Source: Octopus sinensis
Taxonomy: Eukaryota
Direction: 5' to 3'
Assembly: GCF_006345805.1 (NCBI RefSeq)
Contig: NC_042997.1
Location: 66,216,001 to 66,280,000 of the forward strand
DNA length: 64,000 bases
Shown here: positions 11,301 through 24,451 of the stretch, piece after piece
How positions within the stretch are numbered: position 1 is the first letter of the stretch
How the letters are laid out: each line of letters starts with the position of its first letter
The notes under the pieces: generated by a model
Told to the model about the DNA's origin: nothing
The model's input: only the letters and a program-made list of their open reading frames with translations
Databases searched by the model: none
Position numbers and translations under genes: made by a program

Positions 11301-12559
11301 TATATTACAGACACTTTCAATAGTTCTGAAAATTGTAAATTAGATAAATCTACATATCATGTCAATGTTAGGAAATATTTCTTTTCAAAGAGAGTTATTA
11401 GTTAGTAATAAAATGAATAAATATAGACACATCTACCATCAAAAGACAAGCATATTTGGTGGTTTAATTTATCTTTGCTTATCAAAAGTACCAGAAAAAG
11501 CACACACAACATCCACCTGGTAAGGGGAACCCAACTTTCGTGTTTCCATATCTTTGTTTTAGAGTATGATACTAATTAAAGACTACTAACTGATTCATAA
11601 ATTATGCAACCAAGTTTATGTCAATACCAATGGGGGACCAACTAATTTATATCACAGAATACTAACTTAATCATCCACCAAAATTTGATAGAAGTTGGGG
11701 TAGAGTTTAACTTGATAAATGTTTGGCTTATTAAGTTACTTCATAAGTTCAGCATAATATACCCTGCTATCAGCTTTCAAAATTGTTTTAAGTATTGTGG
11801 GCTCCCAGGTTATTCAAAGGCCCCAGGATGCTGCCCCACCATGTAATCAGTATAATTCTCAGTATAATGCAATAATGATAATTAATACGTTTATATATTA
11901 AAATATATATTTTATTGGCTAAACTGGCAAAATGACCATTCCTAAATACAACAACAAGATAATTTAATAATTATCAATAATGATCAATATAATTCTTAGC
12001 ATATAAAGCAATAGTGATAATTCTCCTCACCCTATTGTAGATTATCATTATTTTTAACACAGGCACAAGGCATAAAATTTAGGGAGCATGTATAGTTGAC
12101 TTGACCAACCACACTCCCTAGCACTTATTTTGGTGAACCCAAGAAGGTCCAAAGGTAAAAGTAACTCTGGAGGGATTTTTTAACTTGGGACATAATTAAA
12201 TACTATAAGGCATTTCAGACAATCCAGTGATAATTGCTAACATGAGCAAGAAGCTATAAACTTTGAGAAAGGAGAATAAACAATTAACTCAACCTCAGAC
12301 CTTCACTGATATAGAATAATAATGAATTTTAACATTAGCACAATACTACAAAATTTGAGGAAAGGAGCATAGTCAACTTAACACCAAAAAAAACAAAAAA
12401 TAACACATACCTCAGCAGGATTAGGATTTAGAATATATAGAAAATACTGAATATCACAATTCACTTATTCAGAACTCTATCATTTCTGTCATTGGAAGAA
12501 TCATTAGAGCTTCTGACAAAATACAGAAGTGATATTTCTTTGAAAACCTGCTGAAGCCA

Positions 12560-13240
12560 ACTTCACTGTTTATCTGTTCTAGAGTTAAACATTCTGAGGT
12601 CCAGTCATGTCATGGCATTAATGCAATCAACTGTTTCCCCTTACCCAAATTTCTGGCCATGTGCATATACTACAAATTATTATTACTTTTACCATTATTA
12701 TTATTATTAAAGTGGTGAGCGGCAGAATCATTAGCACACCAGGCAGAATGCTTGGCAGCATTTCGTCTGTCTTTATGTTTTGAGTTCAAATTCCACTGAG
12801 GTTGACTTTGTCTTTCATCATTTTGGGGTTGATAAAATTATCAATTATGATAAAAAGTACCAGATGAGTACTGGGGTCAATGTAATGGACTTACTCTCCC
12901 CAACCCAACCCAAAATTTCATGTCTTGTGCCTATAGCAGAAAGGATGATTATTATTATCATTACTATCATTATTATTATTATCGTTATTATTATTATTAT
13001 TATTATTATTAAGGTGGTGAGCTAGCAGAATTGTTAGCATGCTGGTCAAGATGCTTAATGGTATTTCATCCATCTTTATGTTCTGAGTTCAAATTCTGCC
13101 AAAATCAACTTCACCTTTCATCCTTTAGAAGTTGATACAATAAGTACCAGTTGAATCCTGAGGTCAATGTAATTGACTTCCCTCCACCCCAAAAATCGCT
13201 GGCCTTGTGCCAAAATCTGAAATCATTATTATCATTTTAA
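12560..13240 (+). mobile_element. Three tandem family B SINEs separated by (ATT)n
   Basis: Repeated gagttcaaattc and gataaaataagtaccag motifs. Confidence 0.8.
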
Positions 13241-14514
13241 GAAGTTTGTTTCTTAACCACATAGTTTCAGGTTCAGTCCTAGAGCATGGCACCTTGGGAT
13301 AGTGTCTTCTACTACAGCCCTGAGCCAATCAAAGTCTGATGAGTAGATCTGGTAGGGGTGGGCTGAAGGAAAGCCATTGTTTATATGCATGTGTGTGTGT
13401 GTGTGTATTTCTTTGTCTTGACATCATGCAACAGTTGTGTTACTGTCATTCAAGTGGTGTCATTCATTTGCAATCAACTGTACAATCATGTCCGACCATG
13501 AGATGAGGGTTGGTGACAGAAAGGGCATCTGGGTGTATGAAATCTGCCATCATGAATTCTGACACAAGCAAGCATGGAAAAGCAGACATAAAAATGATAG
13601 TGGTGGTGGTGGTGGTGATGATTTTGCTATTATCATTGTTATCTTTGCAGCCGTCATCCATTATCATTGCTGAATCAGATGCCATATTAATTTTCTGATT
13701 ATGAAAGCTAAGACACAAGGCCATTCCATGGCTGATCAGCCTTCATTTACACACATGCACACCTGCATGTACACACACACACATAAATGCATACAAGTCA
13801 GGGATTTTCTTATAAAAATATGTGCATTTTAATGATGTCTTTTTAATCACTTGTCTACAAATTGCATTTGACAACATGAAATGTTTGGCTAAATTTTTTG
13901 TTTGGTGTTGTATGGTTTAATCCAGACAATGACCAGAAGAATTCATCATTTTCAATTGAAGACATGCAGCTCTTTCTGTTTTTCTTTTTTGTTTTTTTTT
14001 GTCTTTTATTATGCATATAGGTAGACATCATCATCCTTTAATATCCATTTTCCATGCTGGCATGGGTTGGACAGTTTGACCAGAGTTAGCAAGCAAGTGA
14101 GCTACACCAGGCTCTTGTCTGATTTGGTTTGGTTTCTACAGCCGGATGCTGTTCCTAATGTCAATTACTTTACAGTGTGTGCTGGGTGCTTTTAACATGC
14201 CACCAGCATGAACACTTTTACACAGCACCAGCAACAGACAGACAGACATCATTGTCATCATCATCGTCACTTAACATCCATGCTCCATGCTGGGATGGGT
14301 TGGATGGTTCGACTGTGGCTGGCCAGCTGAAGAGCTGCATCACGTTCTATTCTGACTTTGCTTGGTTTCTACAGCTGGATGCCCTTCCTCATGCCAACCA
14401 CTTTACAGTATGTGCTAGGTGCTTTTAACGTGCCACCAGCATGAGCGCTTGTACATGGCACTAGCACAAGTTGTTTTTTATGTTGCACCAGCATATGAGA
14501 AAGATAGACATATA

Positions 14515-14541
14515 GACAGACAGAGAGAGAGGAGAGAGATC

Positions 14542-14631
<90 letters not shown>

Positions 14632-14640
14632 TAGATAGAC
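14515..14640. repeat. (AGAT)n/(AGAC)n microsatellite
   Basis: Long tetranucleotide run. Confidence 0.95.
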
Positions 14641-16789
14641 ATCATCATCACTTAACATCCATGCTCCATGCTGGAATGGGTTGGACAGTTTCACAAGAAT
14701 CCAATGAGTCAAAGGTCTGCACTGTGCTCCAGAGTCTGCTTTGGCATGATTACAACAGCAGGATGCCCTTTCTTATGCTAACCACTTTACAGTGTGCGCT
14801 GGTGCTTTCTTCATGCTACTGAGGTCACCATGCAGCTCACAAGACTACAAGCCAAGGAGAGAGGATGTTGCCTCCATGTGTTAGATGAAGGTTATGGTAT
14901 GAGGGAGGAGGCTAGAGTAGAGAAGGTTCTTGTAGAAGAACTACACGGCTATTCATTTTTAGGAGAGAGACAGACAGAATGAATGAATTAGAGATGTCTT
15001 CAAGAAGATAGACAGTGGTATGGAGGTGTCCAGGTGACACTTCACGAAGCATCAATGGTAGTAGATGGTGAGAGTGGGGGTTTTATATATACAGCTGTGT
15101 GCGACAGTGTATTTATGGTGTGTTTTGTCCCCACTCCCACCACTAGACAACTGGCATTGATTTGTTTACATACCAATAACATAGAAGTTCAACAAAAGAG
15201 ACAGATAGAATAAGTACCAGGCTTAAAAATAAGTCCTGCAGTTGATTTGTTAAACTAAACCCTTTGAGGCAGTACTCCAGCATGGCCACAGTCCAAATGA
15301 CTGACACAAGTGAAAAATTCAATACAAAAGGTGATCTAACAGTTTCAGGCTACAAACTTACTGTTTTAAAGTGGTTTGTATTAACACCTTCTATCAAAAT
15401 GTCATGTTAATTTATGTTCCAAACACCACCTTAGCAATGAAAAAGTTATTTTACTAAATTCTTCATAATTTTCACATTTAATACTAACAAGAGCAGTGTA
15501 TTTCAATAAAAATAAGGCAACAAGGGGGTTAATAAACCCCCCATACAGAAACAAGTCAGAAGCCACTGATTTTCAATGAGAGATGTTCATCAGAAAAACA
15601 AGACATTGTTATTAAACAAATCTGACAAAAGGCCAACACAAGGACAGATAGCAAATTATTGTTATTACTGGTGCACACTTCTTTTAGTACATATCAAGTT
15701 TAACTAAAATGGAAATGATCACAGGCAACTTTAATATTTAACTCATTCTTGTATTAGACTGCAAATAAAATTACCTTCTGAAACTAACAGAGTCGTCATG
15801 GCAAAATCCCCATTAGTTTCAGTTACAAAGTCAAATTTGCTTATCAGGTGCTATCTTTAATTATTTCCTTCAAAAAAAAAAAGAAAGAAAGAAAAAGAAA
15901 AGGAAAGAAACATGAGGCATGTGATGCTTGTTTTAGATTTTTATATAGTAAGGAGGAAATGAAAAGTTAATGCATTCATGATTTTATCAAACATATTAGT
16001 GATTTAAGTATGGTAATGGAAATATACATATTTCCATCAGTACTGTCTATTACTACCCTTACTTGAGTGGCTTTTAACTGGTCACAATCTGTTATGAGCA
16101 GCCACTTTGCTTTCAGTGAACTCTGTACATAACATATGCTCTTGTCATGCTGTTGAAATAGGCTTTTTAAAAAACTGGAATATGAGACATGTATACAGCA
16201 CATAAGTATAGCCATGCTAGTTTCATCATAATGTTCATGTCATACTATGCTTAACAACTTTCAAATGAATTCAATCTAACATAACCATCATTTGGTGGCC
16301 TCAGCTTGACTTAACCTAAAATTGAAACTCAGTTGAAATATTGATTGCAGAAATGCTATGGCGGAATGGTTAAGAATTTCACTTCACTTTATCATGAAGT
16401 AACAGTTTAATTCCACTGTGTGACATCTTGGGAAATATTGTTTTCTGTGTCCTTAGATCAGACCCATAGTTTGTGAGTAGAACTGAAATAGATGGAAATA
16501 GTGTAGAATCCTGTTAAATGGATTGCATCTGTAAGTCAATAGTCCACCTTTGTCACATTGTGTTACACTGTTTTCACCATTAAAGTTCAAGGAAGCAAGT
16601 GAGAGTCTATGTCAGGAAAAATTGAAGAGAAGAGAATCTTGGTATTTGAGACTTGGTGTTTGTGTTAGTGGCATAAATAAAGTCATTTCCAACTTGCAAT
16701 CAAATAATAAGTTTGGTGAACTGAGCTTTGTATGCTTACTCAGTTCATCAAGATGCACAATGGCCAACAAGCTATCTGTTAGAACTTCC

Positions 16790-17170
16790 ATCTTGTCTGC
16801 ATTGTATTAAATGTGAAAAAAATGTCTTCATCAGATCCTTGGTGTCTCTCTACATGACCAAATCTCAAACAACATCTGAGAACAATGCCAGGAGCAGCTG
16901 ACTACAGTGGTTTGGCCATGCCTGATAGATGAGCACTGGAAGGCTACCACACCAACTTTTGTGGTGGCAGTCGCCCATACACTGGAGAATCCAGTGCAGC
17001 ACACCAAAGAAGACATGGGCAAAACAAATTAAGGAAGACCTGAAGTCACAGTGCCTCAACCTCAAGCATGCTAAGGCCAATGCCATGGACTGGAAAGCAT
17101 GGAATAACATCATCACTAAAGACTGTCATCCAGCAGCACCCAGCATATTGGTTTGAGAGGACAGCCTTCC
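16790..17170 (+). pseudogene. RTE LINE 3' end
   Basis: LHQILGVSLHDQISN...LQWFGHA..STGRLPHQLLWWQ...PKKTWAKQIKEDLK...AMDWKAW. Confidence 0.8.
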
Positions 17171-17329
17171 CCTTTGGTCGCCAGTTAGGGATTTTTACTT
17201 ACTTAGTTCGTCAAAATGTTAGTTACAACATTGCATTGTAAGAAATGAATCGGCAACATAAAAGAATGAAATGAAAAACAAAAATAAACAAATGCTTCAT
17301 TTTACTTCATGTCAGGAAATGAATATTAA

Positions 17330-17557
17330 CCCTTTAGCTTTCAAATTACACAGTCAAACCTAATACTTATCCATTCGTATTGCTTTGAATTAATCATGTA
17401 TTATCTTATAGCTTTGGGATTTCGATGTTACTGTTTACTTTTAGAATAACATTGTAGTTAAATAACAGGATAGGGGTGAGAGGTTTGATCTGGTTGGTTT
17501 CAACATAAAACAAGTAGAATATTTGGGCCGGATATGGCCAGTTTGAATGTCAAAGGG
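17330..17557. mobile_element. piggyBac-like MITE (TTAA-flanked)
   Basis: ttaa|ccctttag...caaaggg|ttaa; related copies at about 18515-18740, 37250-37430 and 45331-45574. Confidence 0.8.
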
Positions 17558-18026
17558 TTAAACATGAGTCATTAAGAGCTGATCAATGCCTGAGAGATAT
17601 TTAGATTTACAAGAGCAAAATCTACAATATAATAGTGTACTGTCCAGGAAGTGAAGTACAGCAGATAAGCTTGAACACATTGCATTACTTGTTTTTAACA
17701 GCAGTGGATAAAGAGGGAAATAGTTGTTTTTAAATCAACTCATAGGAAGACTGAAGCTGAGGGAAGATTAAAGTTTATGCTTGATATGTATAAGTGTTGA
17801 AATCTGAAATTAAAAGTCATGAAAATTCTACTAGAATCAGCAAAAAAGTGAAAAAATATAAAGTAAATGTTGTAGAGATAAGATAATAACAGCAGATTCT
17901 TTCAGTGAAGTGTGATTTCAGTGGAACGAAGCTCATTGGTTAGATAGAGTAAATTGACAATGCTATAGATTAAATTGCCTCTCTGTTTCACCTTGAAGTA
18001 AGCTAGAACTGTAACTTTCACTTTAA

Positions 18027-18212
18027 CCCTTTCATTACCAACCTGGCTGAAACTGGCTCTGGCTCTGGGTATAGATGTCTTGTTTACAGTCACAATTTAT
18101 GTTCCTAACACTGGCTAAATGATAACTAGGTTATTTTACTAAATTCTTTGTTATATTTAAAACAATTGAAAGAAACACAGAGCATCTCAAAATAAATACA
18201 CTAACGAAAGGG
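18027..18212. mobile_element. piggyBac-like MITE, second family
   Basis: ttaa|ccctttcattac...taacgaaaggg|ttaa; longer copy at 39894-40114, decayed copy at about 15386-15528. Confidence 0.8.
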
Positions 18213-21149
18213 TTAAGTCAAGAAGGTTGAGAAAATCAGCTTTAGTAGGCAGCTCACATCCTATTGTTGTTGGTTTATTTTGTATGCAATCAAGACACTA
18301 ATCAGTTAACATTCATATCCACTTAGTTGTAAGTGGGCACTGCAGTGACAGTCCCAAGGCTTACTATACCAAATTCAATTTATCCTATGGGAAAAAATCT
18401 ACATTTGGTTGACTAGCATCCTATTCAGGAAGATTCATCAATCACCCAATGTTATTCACAAACTGGAGATAAGCACTATACTAGTTTGATAGACCCTTCT
18501 GATTCAGACAAAAAGTAACCCATTAATATTTCAAAATCCCCATATCAGACCTAAATATTCTACTAGCTTTATGTTCAAACTGACAAGATCTGGTCTCTCA
18601 CACCTACCCTACAATGTCATTCTAAAAGAAACAATCACATCATCAAAATCTCAAAGGTATGAGATGATTCATGACTAATTCAAAATAATGTGAATAAATA
18701 AGCATTGCATTTGAAAGAGTAATCTGAATGTGAACTTCTAATGGATGTGAATGAAATGACTGAGTACCAGATATAATGACAATGCTGTGGCAGAGTATAC
18801 TGAATTAAAATAAGGAACTATAAAGGAGCGACTCATTGAGATATCACTGAAAATTTACTGGTATTGCAGGTCTGCCTTACAAATCCCTTCTTTCTCAGAG
18901 ATAAATTTGTAGACAGGAAGGCTATGCTCTTAGAAAAGATGAACATATGCCTAATAACATTGGTGAAATAAAGAAAATGAAATGATTTGTATTTCAGCCT
19001 CAGTGCATCAAGAACTAACCACTGCAATATGGGATTTAAATAGTTTCTTGAGATAGAGATCAATGACTTTCAATCTAAAGAGCAACAGTCTTTAAAAGAG
19101 GTCAACCAGTTTTTATGCCCTTGGTATCTGAGGAAGGAGAGGGCCTTTCATAACTGATAGCAATTCTTTCAGATCAGGAGATTGGAAGGAAAGAGATTTG
19201 TGTAGTTAGTGCAGAGATCAAAACATGCAATGTAATTAAAGGAGAGAGTTGAATTCTACAGGAAGTGATATTTGTTGTGAGGTACAGAGAAAGAGAAATA
19301 GTTTAAGCTTATAGTAACATTAGAATAAAAAGAGAGAGCATGTAAGTAGAAATAGGAAGAATAAAGCTAAATTAGATACTCAATTCAATCTGAGTTACAA
19401 TAGAAAAAAGAACTAAAGCAGTTTAGTATATCGAAAAATATGCAAATTTTCTCCCTGATTATTAGCAACTAGCTCTAAAGAATAACGATAGATCATTATC
19501 ATCATCATTATCATTTAAAGTCTGTTTTCCATGCTGGCATTGGTTGACAGGAACTGGCAAGGCCAGGGGCCACACCAAGTTCCATAGTCTAATTTAGCCT
19601 GGTTTCTATGGCTGGATGCCCTACCTAACACCAACCACTCCACAGAATGAACTGGATGCTTTTTATGTGACATCATTACCAGTGCTTTTTAAGTGGCACC
19701 ATCATCAATAATTTTTATTTGACACCAGCACCCACACCATTGATTTTTATGTGGCACTTTGGTTTTAGAATTTCAATTCTGTTGTGGATCGTTATTGGTA
19801 CAATAAAATACACTCGGTCTGAATTGTAAAGTGGTTAGTGATATGAAGAGAATCCTGTTATAAAACATAGCAAAGAAAGGGTGAAACAAATAGCGATGCC
19901 ATATCTGCAAGCTACAGCATAGACAACCTGTCTGAAGGAGCAGAAACTCTGAATAAATACTAATGTAAAGATACTTTAGTTTTGTTGCAGATGAAATCTT
20001 TAATGCTAGCGGCATGCTCATCCATCCAGTAAAGGAGGTGGAGATAAGAAGGGTAGCCAGCTGTAAAATCCATGTGAAAAAAACACAACAAAGATGCTTC
20101 CGTGTATGTGTGAGTACCAGATGATGATAGACCATGAGAAGTAAAATACTGAGACCCATACAGCCCATGCAAGAATGGAGAAACAGATATGATGGTGGTG
20201 GGAATGACTGACTTTTGACAGAAAAATGCTGAGAAACAACACTCTGCAGGAAGTATCAAAATAAAAAAATAAAGTCAAAATGTAATATAAACGATGTTGA
20301 TAAATGATAGAAATGAGTGCTGGATGAAGAGGTTGCAGGTGTTGATAGTGGAAGACAGACGCAGCTGAGAAAGATGTGGGAAGATATGAGACAAGTGTGG
20401 TGCAGTCAGACACCTTACTGGGTTCATTGCTTCAGATGACAAAATATTAAAATGTTATACAGTAAAACTTATCCAACCTTTGCCAGCATCGAAAAACAGA
20501 TATTAAAATGTTATTGTTGCAGATGACAATTATTATTATAACGATGGTGATGGTGGTGGTTCTCTAAACATCATGAAACTGATGCCAAGAGTGCTATTTA
20601 AAACAAAAAAAATAGCAAAATGTTCTAAAAACTGCAAATGCAATGGACTACTTGCATCCTCATCATTTTTCTGTTCCTTCTGCCCGAGTTGGATAGAACT
20701 TTTTGAGCTAGTGTTTTACAGCTGGATGCCCATTCTGTCACCACCCCTTTTGGTTACCTCTTACATCGCTTACAACATGATGTAGCTATTCTAAAATTCT
20801 TGTAGACACATTTTGCCTCTAACCAAAGTATTTGATTTTATTTTCTTCTCATTTTTCATCCATACCATCTTCTCTAACATATGGTAATCTCCTAGCAGAC
20901 AGTTAATATAAGAGAGATAATGATTTCTTCATAATATTTGGTGGGATTAAAACTGTGAATATGAAATTACAGAAAGTAAAAGATGCGTAGGATGCACATA
21001 TTTATTTTGGCTTTTATTTTTTTATTATTTACGTATTGTTAACTTCTTAAAATTTCTAGCCAGTGATAATCATATGTAACACTATTTCATACTTATTAGA
21101 TGCATGACACAACCCAAGGTAAATTAATTACCACATTAGCATTCAAACT

Positions 21150-21554
21150 GAGCTTGGCCGTGGTCACTGTCACATCGAAATTTTTCCTCTGCTGTAAGGC
21201 TTAATTCTCGACATGCCAGCTGAATTCAATTCGTCTCCAGCCGAAAGACGCCTGTTGTTATGTCCTGTTATTATTATTATTATTGTTTTTTTGTATTATT
21301 TTTGTATTTATATTTGTGTAACATCGTCCGTTTTTCCGTCCTTGTTTCGTATACATTCAAAGCTTTTTTCTAAGGAATCTAATGCTCTTAGCTTAGTTTT
21401 TCCTTGGGGCTGGCCATATTGGAGCAATCTCAAGATTAATCAGCCAAAATTGAGAGGATGATCCAGTTCTTGACTGAAGATTAAAGACTTCGAATGACCC
21501 ATCCGTGTTTTTTGTATCGTCTATCTGGATGTTTTGCGTTCTTGTCCCATTTTG

Positions 21555-21570
<16 letters not shown>
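21150..21570. mobile_element. CpG-rich interspersed repeat abutting a (TA)n tract
   Basis: 21360-21560 is highly similar to 57550-57745; a related fragment lies on the minus strand at about 61100-61170. Class unknown. Confidence 0.7.
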
Positions 21571-21585
<15 letters not shown>

Positions 21586-21809
21586 TGGAAGGTTTGGAGA
21601 TGATGTACAGGTATTATATATTTCATATATATATATACATAAACACATAAATATATAGATATATAAATACATATATAAATACATATATATATATACATTC
21701 ATACATAAATACATATATATACATGTATAAATACATATATACATATATAGATACATACATAAATACATATATATGTACATATATGGCTCAAATGGTAGTA
21801 ACACTGGCT

Positions 21810-21854
<45 letters not shown>

Positions 21855-22769
21855 ATATACACACACACATAAACAAACTCACAAACATCCACATACATGT
21901 ATATATTCTGATAGTTATTAACTGACTTGTAAACTAGAATATATTTACAATGTGACAGAAAAAGTGAGCCAAGGTCAGGATAGAAACAGTGATCTTGCAG
22001 AATAAATGTTGGTATCTAACAAACAATTCCATCAGAAAATAAAGACAACAGCCACAGAAGAGGAAAAGAGAGAAAAGGAAAGAAAACAAGAGGAATACAA
22101 AAAGAAACAGATACACTGAATGAAAAGAATGGTAAATGGACACAAATTGGAACACATAAAAGATGACACTCAACACACTCAGTAGTTGATATCTGTTTAG
22201 GTAAAAGACAAGCAGAAAATAAATGGATTTGTCATGCTAAAATACCACTGAAGTGATATGGCCATTGAGAGAAGGAGGATCCAACAGGTGCATTGTGCAT
22301 CATGCTCACTATTTCAACAATGGATAGAACACTTAAGGTTTGTTACTGCATACAGACATGCTGTAAATCAACATGTACAAGACCAAGTCTGCTCCTCTTT
22401 CTGCCCTTTCCTCCCTCTCTTCCCCTCCTCTCTCTCTCTCTCTCTCTCTTTCCCTTAGTTCCTGCTATTTTACTTACTCAACCACTGCAGACGTATATTA
22501 TTTTACTGACTATCCATTTACAGAACAATATATTATTTACAAGCAATCAATACCTTCAGTGAAACATAAAAACCAACATTTTGCAAACACACACACATAA
22601 TCATACATACACATACACACACATATTCATATGTGCGCATCAGATATTTTGCTGAACAATTCTTATCACCACCACCACCACCACTACCACAACCATCACC
22701 ACTTACAATGTTATAAAGTTTTCTTTTCATTTTTACTTAAATTAACAACCAAACAACTGCAGCCTTTAG

Positions 22770-22799
22770 AAGGAGAGACAGAGACAGACAGAGACAGAC

Positions 22800-22842
<43 letters not shown>

Positions 22843-22875
22843 AGAGAAAGAAAAAGAGAAAGGGGGAGAGGGGGA
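22770..22875. repeat. (GA)n purine tract
   Basis: GA/GACA run; a complementary (CT)n tract lies at about 22400-22455. Confidence 0.9.
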
Positions 22876-23830
22876 GCAAACATAATAATATCAATAGGCT
22901 TTCTTTTTCTAAGACATAAAATGAATCCAGAACAAAACAAAATCCTTAGAATTTAGCATTCCGAAATATATTGATTGCAAGCGCTAAAAACAGAAAGCAC
23001 ATTGCCCTATCTCTGATAAATAACCTATCTTACTATGTTAATGATGTTAATTTTGAGAAAAGCTAATTTGACCTGGAGAAGAATTGAACACAATGCTCTA
23101 AGCTATGCAACACCACGGAATTCACAGATTTGTATCTTTGTAGATAAATTATTATCCTCCATATACATTTATTTTTAACATCTTTATTATAAAATTAGTG
23201 AACAATTATAAAAGCTGTAATTCCCTTTAAGCAAATCTAAATTCAATACAAAAATAGAAAGAAAAAACATTTAAATAAAGCATCTTAGCACGGGAAAAAT
23301 GACCTTAAAATGCTTCTTGTTACTAGAAGGAAGCATCTGCATAATACACCAGATGATTCTCAGCTTAATATCTCATCACTGTGCCATCTCCAAAATAGTA
23401 ACTGAACTGCACACAACAAGAATTAAAAAAAAAAAAAAAAAAAAGACTTGTTTCTCAACCACTTGGTTTCGGCTTATGTCCCACTGTGTGGCAACTTAGG
23501 CAAGTGTTTTCTACTATAGCCTTGTGAATGTATCTGGTAAACTGAAAGAAGCTTGTTGTGTGTGTGTGTGTGTGTGTGTGGACCGAAACAGTTTGATTCA
23601 AATTCCGGGGTACTTAAAGTTTCAAGTGTCTGTTTTGATACATGTAACTCCCAATAAACATGTTGAGTGCCCTTCTTTCATTTGTCCACTCAAAGTTAAT
23701 AAATGTTTATTATCAACAACAAATCAAACATTATTATCTCTTACAGCTGTTTCGATTAATACTCAGTGAATTAATTAAATATTAAATTCATATGCTCCGA
23801 GCATAATTTCTTCAGGGAGAAAAAGATATA

Positions 23831-23916
23831 CCCTTAGATGTTTTATGTGTTTATGGATTCATTATAGCAGACTGCTATAATGAATCCATAAATACACATA
23901 AAAAAAAATCTAAGGG
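23831..23916. repeat. Near-perfect palindrome/hairpin
   Basis: 21-bp perfect arms at 23850-23870 and 23872-23892 around 1 nt, extending with bulges to cccttaga/tctaaggg. Confidence 0.9.
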
Positions 23917-23986
23917 CATACTAGCTTCATTACAATCATTTAAATAATCTGTTGTTTCTTTGGGGTTATCATTATAGTGGTTAGAG

Positions 23987-24451
23987 CAGGGGAGGGGAAA
24001 CTTTTTAGTGTGATGGGCAAAAATTTCCTAAGAAAAAGGTCCACGGACAGATCACAGGTTCTAACTCCATATCTGTGTATAATTTGATATACATTAATAA
24101 AGATAAGTTTAACACATAGTACCTTCATTAACGCCACCACTGAATTTAGGACGTTTATATTACTTATGATGTATTCTATTTTTTTTTCAGCTGAAGTGTA
24201 GTTGGTCTCAAGGGGGTGGTATAAACCTAGTAATATGTGTTTTATAGTAAAAACAAAATTCCCATTCAAATGCCAATTACTGGACAATTTCTGACCATTT
24301 TAAGTCATTGTTGAAATGCAACCTGTGTCACAAATAGGTATATGAATATTGTATAAATTTTGATTGGAAAATTTACTATATTTTGTACATCAGGCACAAT
24401 AAAAAGATGTGGGTGCAATTTCAGCCACAGACAGGGATGTCCCCACCCCTG
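23987..24451. mobile_element. hAT MITE, 465 bp, inserted in a SINE head
   Basis: TIRs caggggagggga / tccccacccctg; perfect 8-bp TSD ggttagag at 23979-23986 and 24452-24459. Confidence 0.9.

Noticed and set aside
19840-19955. Possible minus-strand terminal exon SFCSFRQVVYAVACRYGIAICFTLSLLCFITGFSSYH*
   Set aside because: Weak acceptor and no recognisable homology; not distinguishable from a chance ORF
21465-21510. ctgaagattaaagacttcgaatg (also at about 57660) as a hammerhead
   Set aside because: Both copies have GAAT instead of GAAA and no stem III/NUH
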